Origin: Longimicrobiales bacterium
GTDB taxonomy: Bacteria > Gemmatimonadota > Gemmatimonadetes > Longimicrobiales > Gaopeijiaceae
Direction of reading: 5' to 3'
Assembly: GCA_965249725.1 (NCBI GenBank)
Contig: CBDFMQ010000002.1
Location: 672,001-736,000 of the forward strand
DNA: 64,000 nt
Below are positions 10,482 to 20,001 of the stretch, piece after piece. The translations under genes and the position numbers were made by a program. Position 1 is the stretch's first letter, and every line of letters starts with the position of its first letter. The notes under the pieces were generated by a model. The model worked only from the letters and a program-made list of their open reading frames with translations. It was not told where the DNA came from and did no database searches.

Positions 10482-11066
10482 GTGAACACCCATACTTTTC
10501 CTAGATTTGTGACCGTTGGTGTCGCAGTTGTCACCCTGAGTATCGGGTTGGCGGGCTGTGGAGGACGGGATCCGTTCGACATCGGATGGACATCGAGTCC
10601 GGACACGGCGTTGATCTTCTCCCTCGCTCGCCCCGACTTGAATCTCCCGTCGGCCTTCGACTTCCACCTGGGAGTCGCACAGGTGCTCGAATCGCCTACG
10701 TCGACCGGCCTATGGGACCTCGCCTTGGACACCAGGGGCGGCGAGTTCGTCTTTCTCCTCCCCGAGGTCCTGGGGATTCCGAGTGAGGCGAGGATTCTCG
10801 AGCTTCCCGGCCTGAGCTTTGCCGAGGTACGGGAGGCGCCGGCCGACACGACCACCTACACCGCGGACGAGGCGGTTACGGTGAGGTCGGGCTCGGTATA
10901 CGTCATCCGTACGCACGTCGGCTCGGATCAGTTCGGGTTCGACTGCCTCTTCTACGCGAAGATGGAAGCCCTGGAGCTCGATGTCGCGGGGGGTAGTCTG
11001 CTCTTTGTGTACGATGCGAATCCGCTGTGCAACGACCGGGACCTCATATCCCCGGGCGAGAACTGA
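10482..11066 (+). CDS. Hypothetical lipoprotein
   Basis: Hydrophobic signal with LAGC lipobox; beta-rich mature part with two Cys; stop 1 nt before serS. Confidence 0.75.
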   Translation: MNTHTFPRFVTVGVAVVTLSIGLAGCGGRDPFDIGWTSSPDTALIFSLARPDLNLPSAFDFHLGVAQVLESPTSTGLWDLALDTRGGEFVFLLPEVLGIPSEARILELPGLSFAEVREAPADTTTYTADEAVTVRSGSVYVIRTHVGSDQFGFDCLFYAKMEALELDVAGGSLLFVYDANPLCNDRDLISPGEN

Positions 11067-11067
11067 C

Positions 11068-12345
11068 GTGCTGGATGTTCGGCGTATCCGCAGCGAGCCT
11101 GATGTGGTCAAGGCCGCTTTGGCACGAAGAAGATCGAAGGGACTCGTAGAATCCGTCGACGAGATTCTCATGCTCGACGAGGAACGTAGGGCACGTCTCG
11201 CCGAGGTGAACGAGCTCAAGGCGGAGCGCAACGAGGTCTCGAAGAGGATCGGCGAGCTCAAGCGGGAGGGCGGCGACGCCGAGGACATGATCGTCGCCAT
11301 GCGTGAGGTCGGTGATCGCATTGCCGAGATCGACACCGACGTGGTCGAGGCGGAGGGCCGCATCCACGAGATCCTGATGATGATCCCCAACCTCCCATTG
11401 GACGAGGTGCCCGAGGGGGGTGTGGAGTGCAACGAAATCGTCCGGGTGGTGGGGTCACCGGTCGAGTTCGATTTCGAGCCCAAGCCTCACTGGGAACTCG
11501 GAGAGGATCTCGGACTCCTCGATCTGCCGGGGGGCACCAAGATCGCCGGCACCGGCTTTCCGGTGTTGAAGGGGATGGGCGCTCGCCTCCAGCGGTGTCT
11601 CATCGACTACATGCTCGACATCCACACGGTCGAGCACGGCTATACCGAGCTGCGGGTTCCGTATCTCGTGAACCGGGACTCGCTCACCGGGACCGGCCAG
11701 CTTCCCAAGTTCGCGGACGAGTCATATCAGTCCGAGCGGGATGATCTGTGGTTGATTCCGACCGCGGAGGTGCCCATCACCAATCTCCATCGGGACGATC
11801 TGCTGTCTGCAGACGATCTTCCCGTTCGCTACACGGCGTACAGCCCCTGCTTTCGACGAGAGGCGGGCGCAGCGGGCGCCGATACGCGGGGCCTTCTCCG
11901 GGTGCACCAGTTCGACAAGGTCGAGTTGGTACGATACGAGCCGGCGGCGCGGGGCAGGGAAGCCCTGGAGGAACTCACGGCCGAAGCGGAGTCGATTCTG
12001 CAGCGGCTCGGACTACACTATCGGGTGGTCAATCTCGCCACCGGTGATCTCGGATTCTCGTCGAGCATGACGTACGACCTCGAGGTCTGGGCCCCGGGTG
12101 TGGCGCAGTGGCTCGAGGTGTCGAGCTGCAGCACCTTCGCCGACTTTCAAGCCCGCAGAGCCAACATCCGCTACCGGCCGACGGCCGGAGAGAAGCCCGA
12201 GTTCGTGCACACGCTCAACGGGTCTGCGCTGGCTCTTCCGAGGCTCATGGTGGCGGTCCTGGAGACGTATCAGCGGGCCGACGGCTCGGTGAGCGTACCT
12301 GAAGCCCTTCAGGAACGACTCGGCTTCGCGACCATCGAAGCGTAA
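11068..12345 (+). CDS. serS: Serine--tRNA ligase
   Basis: VLDVRRIR, GTGQLPKF, LIPTAEVP, FRREAG, HQFDKVE, HTLNGSALA. Confidence 0.97.
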   Translation: MLDVRRIRSEPDVVKAALARRRSKGLVESVDEILMLDEERRARLAEVNELKAERNEVSKRIGELKREGGDAEDMIVAMREVGDRIAEIDTDVVEAEGRIHEILMMIPNLPLDEVPEGGVECNEIVRVVGSPVEFDFEPKPHWELGEDLGLLDLPGGTKIAGTGFPVLKGMGARLQRCLIDYMLDIHTVEHGYTELRVPYLVNRDSLTGTGQLPKFADESYQSERDDLWLIPTAEVPITNLHRDDLLSADDLPVRYTAYSPCFRREAGAAGADTRGLLRVHQFDKVELVRYEPAARGREALEELTAEAESILQRLGLHYRVVNLATGDLGFSSSMTYDLEVWAPGVAQWLEVSSCSTFADFQARRANIRYRPTAGEKPEFVHTLNGSALALPRLMVAVLETYQRADGSVSVPEALQERLGFATIEA

Positions 12346-12418
12346 TGGACCTCACGTCCCGTAGGGCGGGCAGGACCACGCAGATGGGGATCGCCCGTCG
12401 TACCGGAGAAGCCGCACC

Positions 12419-13657
12419 ATGATGCGGATCAAGTGGCCCGTCCTGCTGGCCACGCTCTTCTTCGCCCTTCTGGCCTGGTATCTCCTCTACACCAAAAGCA
12501 TCGTCGACGCGCTACACCGCAACGAAGAGCTCATCACAGAGGTGTTCACCCTGGCCGAGGAACTCATCCAGAATCCGGGTCAATCCGAAACGCTGGACTT
12601 CGAGGAAGGCATCCGGGATGCGGGCCGCTTCGACCTGGCACTCTTCGAGCTTCAGGGTGTGATCATCCAGTCGGGCATTCCGTTGATCGTAATGGATGCC
12701 GCCGACAGCGTGCTTTCGGTGGAGAACCTCCCGTTCAGCGCGGACATCTACACTCCCGAAGGACAGGAACAGGTCAAGGTGCTGGTCCGACGGCTGGCAG
12801 CGACGGGACACGAACCGATCGTGGGGGCCGGGGGGAACGTCATCCACTTCGGGGATACCCCGGAGTTGTCCGGGCTGAGGTGGATTCCCTACTTCCTGGC
12901 CAGCGGGCTGATGATCACGGTGCTTATTGGCTTTCTCGTGATCCGGTATCAGCGCAGGGCTGAGCAGGAGAAGGCTTGGACGGCCATGGCTCGGGAACTG
13001 GCCCACCAGTTGGGCACGCCGATCTCGTCCCTTCAGGGTTGGCTCGAACTCTTGCGTCTGCCCATGTCAGAGAGGCCGGGAGAGCTCGACGTCGACACCG
13101 TTGCCGGTGGGATCGACGAGGACCTTGTGAGGCTGGAGCGAATCAGCCACCGGTTCGAGCTGATCGGTCGCGATCCCGAGCTGGAGCCCCTCGACATTCG
13201 CGAAATCGTGAGGGAGCTGGAGCGCTACCTTCAGGCACGGCTGCCCAGGCTGACGACCGGCATCTTGATCGTCGTGGATGTGCCCAAGGGCATGCCGAAG
13301 ATCCTGGGCAACGAGGTCATCCTCTCGTGGGCCCTCGAGAACGTCGTGAAGAACGCCCTAGATGCCATGGCGGGACGAGGCGGGGAGATTCGCCTCAAGG
13401 TCCGGAAAGGACTGCCGGGTTGGGTGCATCTTCGCATTCAGGACACTGGTCCTGGAGTCGATCCGGAGGTGCGTGACAAGATCTTCGAGCCCGGGGTCAG
13501 CGGGAAGGATCGTGGTTGGGGAGTCGGTCTGACCCTGTCCCGGCGGATCATCGAGGTGGGGCACAAAGGTCACATCTATTTGCTGGATACCGAGGGTGCA
13601 GGCGCCATCTTCGAGATTCGCCTCCCGGCAGCGCCCCCCTCGGAGCCCTCGCGCTGA
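12419..13657 (+). CDS. Membrane sensor histidine kinase with no adjacent regulator
   Basis: Two TM segments; H-box ELAHQLGTPISSL, N-box ENVVKNALDA, DTGPG, GWGVGL. Confidence 0.93.
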   Translation: MMRIKWPVLLATLFFALLAWYLLYTKSIVDALHRNEELITEVFTLAEELIQNPGQSETLDFEEGIRDAGRFDLALFELQGVIIQSGIPLIVMDAADSVLSVENLPFSADIYTPEGQEQVKVLVRRLAATGHEPIVGAGGNVIHFGDTPELSGLRWIPYFLASGLMITVLIGFLVIRYQRRAEQEKAWTAMARELAHQLGTPISSLQGWLELLRLPMSERPGELDVDTVAGGIDEDLVRLERISHRFELIGRDPELEPLDIREIVRELERYLQARLPRLTTGILIVVDVPKGMPKILGNEVILSWALENVVKNALDAMAGRGGEIRLKVRKGLPGWVHLRIQDTGPGVDPEVRDKIFEPGVSGKDRGWGVGLTLSRRIIEVGHKGHIYLLDTEGAGAIFEIRLPAAPPSEPSR

Positions 13658-13671
13658 ACACGTCGGCCGAC

Positions 13672-15978
13672 ATGAGGGACAAACCCGCGGTCCCCTCGGA
13701 CTCCTATCTGGCCCAACTCAACGAGAGTCAACAGGAGGCGGTCGAGTACTTCGAGGGACCGCTTCTCGTCTTGGCAGGCGCCGGTTCTGGAAAGACGCGT
13801 GTGCTCACCACGCGTATCGCACACCTCATTCACGAACGGGGCGTGCCCCCCGAACGTATTCTGGCGGTCACGTTCACCAACAAGGCTGCCGGCGAGATGC
13901 GGGAGCGGATCACGGGCCTTCTGGGACAGGAGCCGCGGGCCATGTGGACGGGGACCTTCCACGCTCTGGGTGCTCGACTCCTCCGTAGGCACGCCCCGAG
14001 CCTGGGCTGGACCAATACGTTCACCATCTTCGATGCCGAACAGAGTCTCAGGCTCATCAAGAAGACGGCCGAGACCGTGGGGCTAGATACCCGACGCTGG
14101 AGCCCCAAGGCCATTCGTGGGCATGTGAGCGGCGCCAAGAACCAGCTCGTCACTCCCCAGCAGTTCGTGGAAGAGAACGAGGGAAGTTTCGACATTTTTG
14201 CTCGCAACGTCGCCCGGGTGTACCCGGCGTACCAGCAGTCGTTGAAGACTCAGAATGCGTTCGACTTCGATGACCTGCTGGTCAAGCCGGTAGAGCTCTT
14301 CGAAGCCGATCCGGGACTGCTCGACCGATATCGGAGGCGGTTCAGCTTCGTCCTCGTCGACGAGTATCAGGACACCAACGCCGCCCAGTTCCGATTCGTC
14401 GAGCTGCTCGCTTCAGAGCACAGGAACCTGATGGTCGTCGGCGATGACGATCAGAGCATCTATGGATGGCGAGGGGCCGATATTCGGAACATCCTCGACT
14501 TCGAGACGGCGTTTCCGGGGGCCCACGTCGTGCGCCTCGAGCAGAACTACCGCTCTTCCGAAGTGATTCTCTCGGCCGCGAATGCGGTCATCGCAGAGAA
14601 CGTGCAGCGAAAGGGCAAGACTCTCCGGACCGACAGGGCGGGTGGCGAACGGATCACGCTTGTGACCTCCTCGGGTGAGACGGACGAGGCGCGCTGGATC
14701 TGCGATCAGGTGGAGGGGCGCCGGGCGGCCGATGCGAGTCTCATGCATCGCGAAGTCGCCATTCTCTACCGTACCAACGCCCAGTCCCGGGCGCTCGAGG
14801 ACGTGTTCCGCCGGAGGGGGGTGCCGTACCAAATAGTAGGCGGTGTCCGTTTCTACGAACGTCGTGAGATTCAGGATGTGATGGCCTACTTGCGGCTCAT
14901 ATCCAATCCGCTCGATGCGGGTGCCTTCGATCGCATCGTCAACTATCCGCGGCGTGGGATCGGTGCGGCCACACAGGAGAGGCTGGCGACGTGGGCCGAA
15001 GCCGAAGGCGTCAGCCTGTTGGAGGCGGCTTCGCGGGCGCAGGAGGCACCGGATCTGCCCCAGGCGGGCGCCCGAGGCTTGGAGCGGTTCGCCATCCTCA
15101 TTCAGAGATATTCGGCGCTGGCCTCTCAGATGAGCGTGGGAGAGCTGCTCGAGAGTCTCGTGGAGGAACTGGAGATCTCGCGGCATCTCGAGGACGAAGG
15201 CCCCGACGGTGAGGATCGAGCGGACAACGTGCGAGAGCTGATCGCGGGGGCGCTCGACTACAATGCCGAACTTCTCGAGGAGCAGGAGGAAGACGACTTC
15301 GATCACTTCACCGAACTCGACCTGTTTCTTCAACAGGTAGCACTGGTCGCCGATGTCGATCGTCATGACCCGGACGCAGACGCGGTGACCATGATGACTC
15401 TGCACAACGCAAAGGGACTCGAGTTTCCGGTGGTGTTTATCTCGGGGCTCGAGGACGGTCTCTTTCCGTTGAGCCGCGCCTACGACGAACCGGCAGAGCT
15501 GGAGGAGGAGCGCCGTCTATTCTACGTCGGGATCACCCGGGCCGAGGACAAGCTGTTCCTGACGCATGCGCGGCAGCGCCGCCGCGCAGGTGACATCATG
15601 TACGGGCGTCTGTCGCCGTTCGTAGAGGCGATTCCCGAGCACCTCGTGGAAGAGGTGGAGACCTCCGTGGTCGGGACATCAGGTGGGTACCTCTCCAGGA
15701 GGGCTCGCCGGGACACTCGCCGGGACAGTCCCCAGGACCCTGGGCTCGAAGGTGATCGGGAGTCGACCGAAGACGCCATCGATTTCGATGCGAGCTTCAA
15801 TCAGGATCTCCCTCGCTTCATAAAGGGGGAGAGGGTCGCGCACGAGACGTTCGGATCCGGGACCGTGGGTGAGGTCTCCGGATTCGGGCGAGACCTCAAG
15901 GTCACGATCCACTTCGACTCGGTCGGCAGTAAGACGTTGCTCGTGCGGTACGCGGGCCTCCGCCGCGATTACGACTGA
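13672..15978 (+). CDS. pcrA: ATP-dependent DNA helicase PcrA/UvrD
   Basis: AGAGSGKTRV, VDEYQDTN, LEQNYRS, HNAKGLEF, EERRLFYVG, C-terminal tudor-like HETFGSG. Confidence 0.95.
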   Translation: MRDKPAVPSDSYLAQLNESQQEAVEYFEGPLLVLAGAGSGKTRVLTTRIAHLIHERGVPPERILAVTFTNKAAGEMRERITGLLGQEPRAMWTGTFHALGARLLRRHAPSLGWTNTFTIFDAEQSLRLIKKTAETVGLDTRRWSPKAIRGHVSGAKNQLVTPQQFVEENEGSFDIFARNVARVYPAYQQSLKTQNAFDFDDLLVKPVELFEADPGLLDRYRRRFSFVLVDEYQDTNAAQFRFVELLASEHRNLMVVGDDDQSIYGWRGADIRNILDFETAFPGAHVVRLEQNYRSSEVILSAANAVIAENVQRKGKTLRTDRAGGERITLVTSSGETDEARWICDQVEGRRAADASLMHREVAILYRTNAQSRALEDVFRRRGVPYQIVGGVRFYERREIQDVMAYLRLISNPLDAGAFDRIVNYPRRGIGAATQERLATWAEAEGVSLLEAASRAQEAPDLPQAGARGLERFAILIQRYSALASQMSVGELLESLVEELEISRHLEDEGPDGEDRADNVRELIAGALDYNAELLEEQEEDDFDHFTELDLFLQQVALVADVDRHDPDADAVTMMTLHNAKGLEFPVVFISGLEDGLFPLSRAYDEPAELEEERRLFYVGITRAEDKLFLTHARQRRRAGDIMYGRLSPFVEAIPEHLVEEVETSVVGTSGGYLSRRARRDTRRDSPQDPGLEGDRESTEDAIDFDASFNQDLPRFIKGERVAHETFGSGTVGEVSGFGRDLKVTIHFDSVGSKTLLVRYAGLRRDYD

Positions 15979-16012
15979 GCGGCGGTCGCTTCGGATCTGA
16001 TCGAGGAGCGGC

Positions 16013-16930
16013 TCACTCGGTCGTGGCCGGTATCGCCTCCCGCTCGGGCCAGTGGATCAGGTCGTGACTGGGGAGGGGGAAGAACTCGTCGGCCGCTTCA
16101 TGTAGGTGACCCGGATCCTCCACCCCACCACGGGCCAGGGCCAGGCGACGCACCTTCTTCGCCAATCGCAGATTGAGCTCACCCGTCGGGTCGAGGAGTC
16201 CCGGCCGAGACTCTCCGCGGGACACGAGGTAGTCGACCACGTATTCGAACGACAACGCGTGATAGGTCGCAACCGACCCCTCCAGCAGGTCGAAACGCGA
16301 ATTCTGTAGGACGCGGTCGAATACCTGCTGCCAACGGTCGTGATCGCTGAACCGGATCATGCCCGTGAAGATCTTCCGGTTCGTCTGAAAGCTGAACAGC
16401 GTATTGCTGAGAACTCGGTCGAACAGCTGGTCGGCCTCGGTGTGGTCGTTCTCCATGACCAGATGCCGGGCCTTGGCCAAGTAGTCGACGCCGACATGCA
16501 TGTCCATACGATGTTCCCAGTACGCATGTCCGAGCGCCTGTGTCGTGCTCGTTGTAAGGAACCGGCGAGGCAGGAACAGATTGTGGGCCACCGTGTCCGC
16601 CGCCAGATGCGCGAGGTAGCCGTAGCCGACCGACGCCAGTCGCGGGCTGTCGGTCGTGGCGAGGATCTCCTCGCCCACGTGCCAGTGATGGCAGTGTCGG
16701 CCCTCCGGGACGTACTTCTTGGCGAAAGAGATATCGGCGGCGATGGATCCGTACAGGAAGTGCAGGGGGTTCGCCTCGATCACCGCCCGGATCGCCGGAG
16801 GGAGCAGGTAGAGAGACGCCAGCAGGGTCTCTCCGAGCGCGATATGGGTGCCGGGGCCCCAGGCCCAGAGCGGTTCAGGATCGAGAAGTAGCCAACCGAG
16901 CGCTACCGAGAAGGTCCAGGCGATCTTCAC
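16013..16930 (-). CDS. Zinc-dependent phospholipase C family protein with signal peptide
   Basis: Mature N-terminus [32 protein letters not shown]. Confidence 0.82.
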   Translation of the reverse strand: MKIAWTFSVALGWLLLDPEPLWAWGPGTHIALGETLLASLYLLPPAIRAVIEANPLHFLYGSIAADISFAKKYVPEGRHCHHWHVGEEILATTDSPRLASVGYGYLAHLAADTVAHNLFLPRRFLTTSTTQALGHAYWEHRMDMHVGVDYLAKARHLVMENDHTEADQLFDRVLSNTLFSFQTNRKIFTGMIRFSDHDRWQQVFDRVLQNSRFDLLEGSVATYHALSFEYVVDYLVSRGESRPGLLDPTGELNLRLAKKVRRLALARGGVEDPGHLHEAADEFFPLPSHDLIHWPEREAIPATTE

Positions 16931-17493
16931 GCGCTCTCGGCGTCTTCCGGGACCATCGCTCCTTCCACATCGGCGGACTCGTCCAAGTCACCGTCGTCGG
17001 GCTCTGCGGCCTGTTCGGCCTCCAGGGCCACGCCTTCTCCCATGTTGCGAGCCCCCGCACGGACTCCGCGGACTGCGGCGGCCGTATCTAGCAAAACGGA
17101 CTCTGCCTCGTCCTGTACCACGTCCATGAGGGCGTTGAACTCGCCGACTCTCTCTTCCATCCGCTCCGAGGCGTCCTTGAGACGATCCGACAGCCCGGCA
17201 ACCGAGGAGTGGATCTTCTGTACGTCCTCCCGGACCACGGCCGAGATGTATTCCACGTTTTCGGCGGCTACTCGGGCCCGGTCGGCCACCGGTTGCACCT
17301 GGCGCTGGAGCGACGCGAGGACCTTCCGGAGCTGGACGAGCAACGCCAGCATCGCTAACAGCAGAACGGCGGAAATCGCAGCTAGGACCACCGACGAGAT
17401 GTCGGCGGCGACCTGTAGGCCTCCCGACTGAGAGAGGGCCTCGGTAGTCCCCTGAAGGGGAGAGAGAGCCGGGAGCATGAGTCTGTAGGCCAT
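16927..17493 (-). CDS. Single-TM coiled-coil protein (DUF948-like) with acidic tail
   Basis: One TM followed by a heptad-rich helix; GTGA overlap with the next gene. Confidence 0.7.
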   Translation of the reverse strand: MAYRLMLPALSPLQGTTEALSQSGGLQVAADISSVVLAAISAVLLLAMLALLVQLRKVLASLQRQVQPVADRARVAAENVEYISAVVREDVQKIHSSVAGLSDRLKDASERMEERVGEFNALMDVVQDEAESVLLDTAAAVRGVRAGARNMGEGVALEAEQAAEPDDGDLDESADVEGAMVPEDAESA

Positions 17494-17517
17494 GGCGAAA
17501 GGTATACGTTCAGTACC

Positions 17518-18840
17518 TCAGAGTTCCAGATCCTCACCCGGTCGATCGCCCGGTGTGTGCCGCACGGCGTGGCCCCGGGCCGCCTCGTCGTCGCCCCGCG
17601 CCAGGGCCTTCTCGACCCGGGGGGAGATCTCACCTGCCCGACGGAGTGTGTTGGTCGTGAGGACCGGACCGACCAACTCAGAGATCACCACCCCCAGCAC
17701 GACGACGCTGAACAGCGCCTCTCCCGCGTTTACCCCGGCAACCTCGAGGCCATAGAACGTCAAGAAGGCGGACAACGCCATCGCCAGGGAGATCCCCCCC
17801 TGTGGAATGAGGCCGAGGCCCAGGAAGGAGGGTGTGGCAAAGCCCTGTTTCGCGATCCGCACCATGGCGCTGCACGCCGCGACCTTGGCGCTCCCCCTGA
17901 GGAAAGCGTATCCGAGGGCGAGGGGCAGTATCCAAACCGAGGGAAAGCGGAGGAGTGCCCCGGCGAGCATCAGGAGGACCACGTAGATCGGTTTCTCCCA
18001 CTTGGCCAGGACGCCGTAGACCCTCCTGGGATCCGGCACCACATTGCCGATCACGATGCCCATGACAAGGCAGACGAAGAGGGGTGACAACTGCAGCTGA
18101 AGCGCGGCGCCGGCCGCGAAAGCCGTGATGCCCATCAAGAATAGAACCATCTCTTCCATATCGGTGCGCCTACGGGCCAGCCACACGAAGATGATTCCGC
18201 ACAGAACCCCTAGGCCGGCGGCCAGGACGGTCCAGACGGGAGTAGGGAGCCTCCCGAGTAGAGCGAGGCTCTCACCCGTATGGTGGCTCGAGTAGACGAC
18301 CTGGAGGACGGCGATCCCGATCAGGGCGTCCATGGATGCCGTGAACAGGAGCATTTCCCTTACCGGCCCCCGGATCAGGAAGTTGGATGAGATGATGGCG
18401 ATGCCGGCCGGGGCGGATATGCAGGCGGTCGCCGCCGTCAGGAGCACCAAGAGGACCTCGGTCCGGCCGACCCGGCCCAGGGCCCAGAGGACGCCGATCC
18501 CGAGGGCCGACAGGAGCGCGAAGGCCAGGAGCGCCTGCCCGGCCGCGAACAGGTGTAGCCTGCCCGGGAACGCCCGATATGTATCCCGCTCGAACTGGAG
18601 ACCGAACAGCAGGCCCACCCACCCGAGGCCCAGTGCCACAAAGGGGAAGAGGTGTTCGAGTGCGTCGGCCGTCACGAATCCCATCATCGACGGTCCGAGC
18701 ACGAAGCCGACGAAGATGAAGTGCGTGCCCGTCCGAAAGAGTAGGCGAGGGCCAGACGGAACGTTCTCCGTGGAAAACGTGAATCGAGCGCCCAACAGAG
18801 CCAGAATGATGAGAATGAAGGTGGCCAGGAGCGGATCCAT
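17518..18840 (-). CDS. Divergent cation:proton antiporter (CPA superfamily)
   Basis: About 13 hydrophobic segments; LGWVGLLFGLQFE, SPLFVCLVMGIVIGN, GLGLIPQGGISLAMA, SELVGP. Confidence 0.82.
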   Translation of the reverse strand: MDPLLATFILIILALLGARFTFSTENVPSGPRLLFRTGTHFIFVGFVLGPSMMGFVTADALEHLFPFVALGLGWVGLLFGLQFERDTYRAFPGRLHLFAAGQALLAFALLSALGIGVLWALGRVGRTEVLLVLLTAATACISAPAGIAIISSNFLIRGPVREMLLFTASMDALIGIAVLQVVYSSHHTGESLALLGRLPTPVWTVLAAGLGVLCGIIFVWLARRRTDMEEMVLFLMGITAFAAGAALQLQLSPLFVCLVMGIVIGNVVPDPRRVYGVLAKWEKPIYVVLLMLAGALLRFPSVWILPLALGYAFLRGSAKVAACSAMVRIAKQGFATPSFLGLGLIPQGGISLAMALSAFLTFYGLEVAGVNAGEALFSVVVLGVVISELVGPVLTTNTLRRAGEISPRVEKALARGDDEAARGHAVRHTPGDRPGEDLEL

Positions 18841-18848
18841 GAACCGTG

Positions 18849-19202
18849 CTACTCCGGCTGTTCGCCCAATTCCGTAGCCGACAATCCAACCACTCGATCC
18901 AACGGGAGCGTAAACAGGATGCCCGTTGCGGGGTCCTCCAGGTTTCCGCAGATATCCTGAAAGAGCACGATCACCTCTTCAACCAGGTCATCGTCCAGGA
19001 CCGTGAAGATGGTCCGATTCTGGGGCCTTGATCGATCGATGAGCGTCTGTAGGCCGGCGAAGATTGGTATGTCGTGCGAGAGCACCCGACCCATCCCCTC
19101 GGAGTTGATGACGGTCGCACCGCGCACACCCAGTTCCACGAAACCGGAGAGGATTTCGTCGAGCTTCTCAGGCTGATTGACGACGGCAACTAGTAAGTGC
19201 AT
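18849..19202 (-). CDS. PII-like (GlnB-fold) signalling protein
   Basis: LLVAVVN..KLDEIL, GATVINSEGMG, TGILFTLPLDRVVG; no Tyr anywhere, so no GlnB-type uridylylation site. Confidence 0.78.
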   Translation of the reverse strand: MHLLVAVVNQPEKLDEILSGFVELGVRGATVINSEGMGRVLSHDIPIFAGLQTLIDRSRPQNRTIFTVLDDDLVEEVIVLFQDICGNLEDPATGILFTLPLDRVVGLSATELGEQPE

Positions 19203-19208
19203 GGCATG

Positions 19209-19670
19209 TCAGCGTCGGTCGTCCATAGCCCGCAAGGCTTCGGCCAAGAGCTCCTCCGAGCCCGCCGAACGAAGTTGTTCCACGGCGGACGGGTCGGATG
19301 CCAATCGCGCGATCCTGGCCAGAATCCTGATGTGCTCACCGCCCCGGTCGGGCGGAGACAGGAGCAGGAAGAAGACGGAGCAGGGGTCGATCTCGGCCGG
19401 ACCGAAAGCGACCGGGTCACCGGAGACGGCTACCACCAGGAGCGTCTTCTCCAATCCGTCCACCGTGGCGTGGGGAATCGCAACGCCGTTGCCGATGACG
19501 GTGGTGTGCACTTCCTCGGTGCGTGTCAGCCGGTCTATCACGTCCGACTCGTTCTGGATCAGTCCTCTGCCCGCGAGGGTCTGAGCCAAAACCCCGATCG
19601 TGTCGTCGCGGGATTCGGCCGTGAATCCATACAGCATCGAAGTGGCTTGAACGAAATCTGTTAAGCGCAT
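19209..19670 (-). CDS. Stand-alone PTS EIIA (Ntr/Fru/Mtl type) domain protein
   Basis: TTVIGNGVAIPHA (phospho-His motif), FFLLLSP, EHIRILARIARL. Confidence 0.9.
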   Translation of the reverse strand: MRLTDFVQATSMLYGFTAESRDDTIGVLAQTLAGRGLIQNESDVIDRLTRTEEVHTTVIGNGVAIPHATVDGLEKTLLVVAVSGDPVAFGPAEIDPCSVFFLLLSPPDRGGEHIRILARIARLASDPSAVEQLRSAGSEELLAEALRAMDDRR

Positions 19671-20001
19671 GATCTGTACATAGTTACGATGCCAGTACGA
19701 AAGGGACAGAGCCCGGTGCAGGACTCGCCACGTAATGCGTAGCCGGAGTGAAACGCCCCCTGAACGGGGTCCCTCCCCACGTCGGCACGCTACGTGCAAC
19801 AGAGTACCGCAAGGTACCGCGACACGCGAGGGGTGACGGCGGTTACCGGCGGGATATCTCTAGCTGGAGGGTGTTACCATGAAGAGCCGGTTGCTGCGTC
19901 GGGGGACGGTGGAATATGTTCGGGGTCGACGTGGCAAAACGGGCACGAGATGGGACACCGAATCGGTGCCGGCCCGCTACTTCGGAGACCGCAAGGAGGA
20001 C

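Noticed and set aside
18849..19202. Calling this gene glnB or glnK
   Set aside because: Lacks the T-loop Tyr and the canonical TGxIGDGKIF signature; no amtB or glnA context
19671..20001. N-terminal extensions of EIIA (to 19799) and MurA (from 19879) in the ORF track
   Set aside because: Family-like sequence starts at ATG 19670 and ATG 20002, the latter with a strong SD
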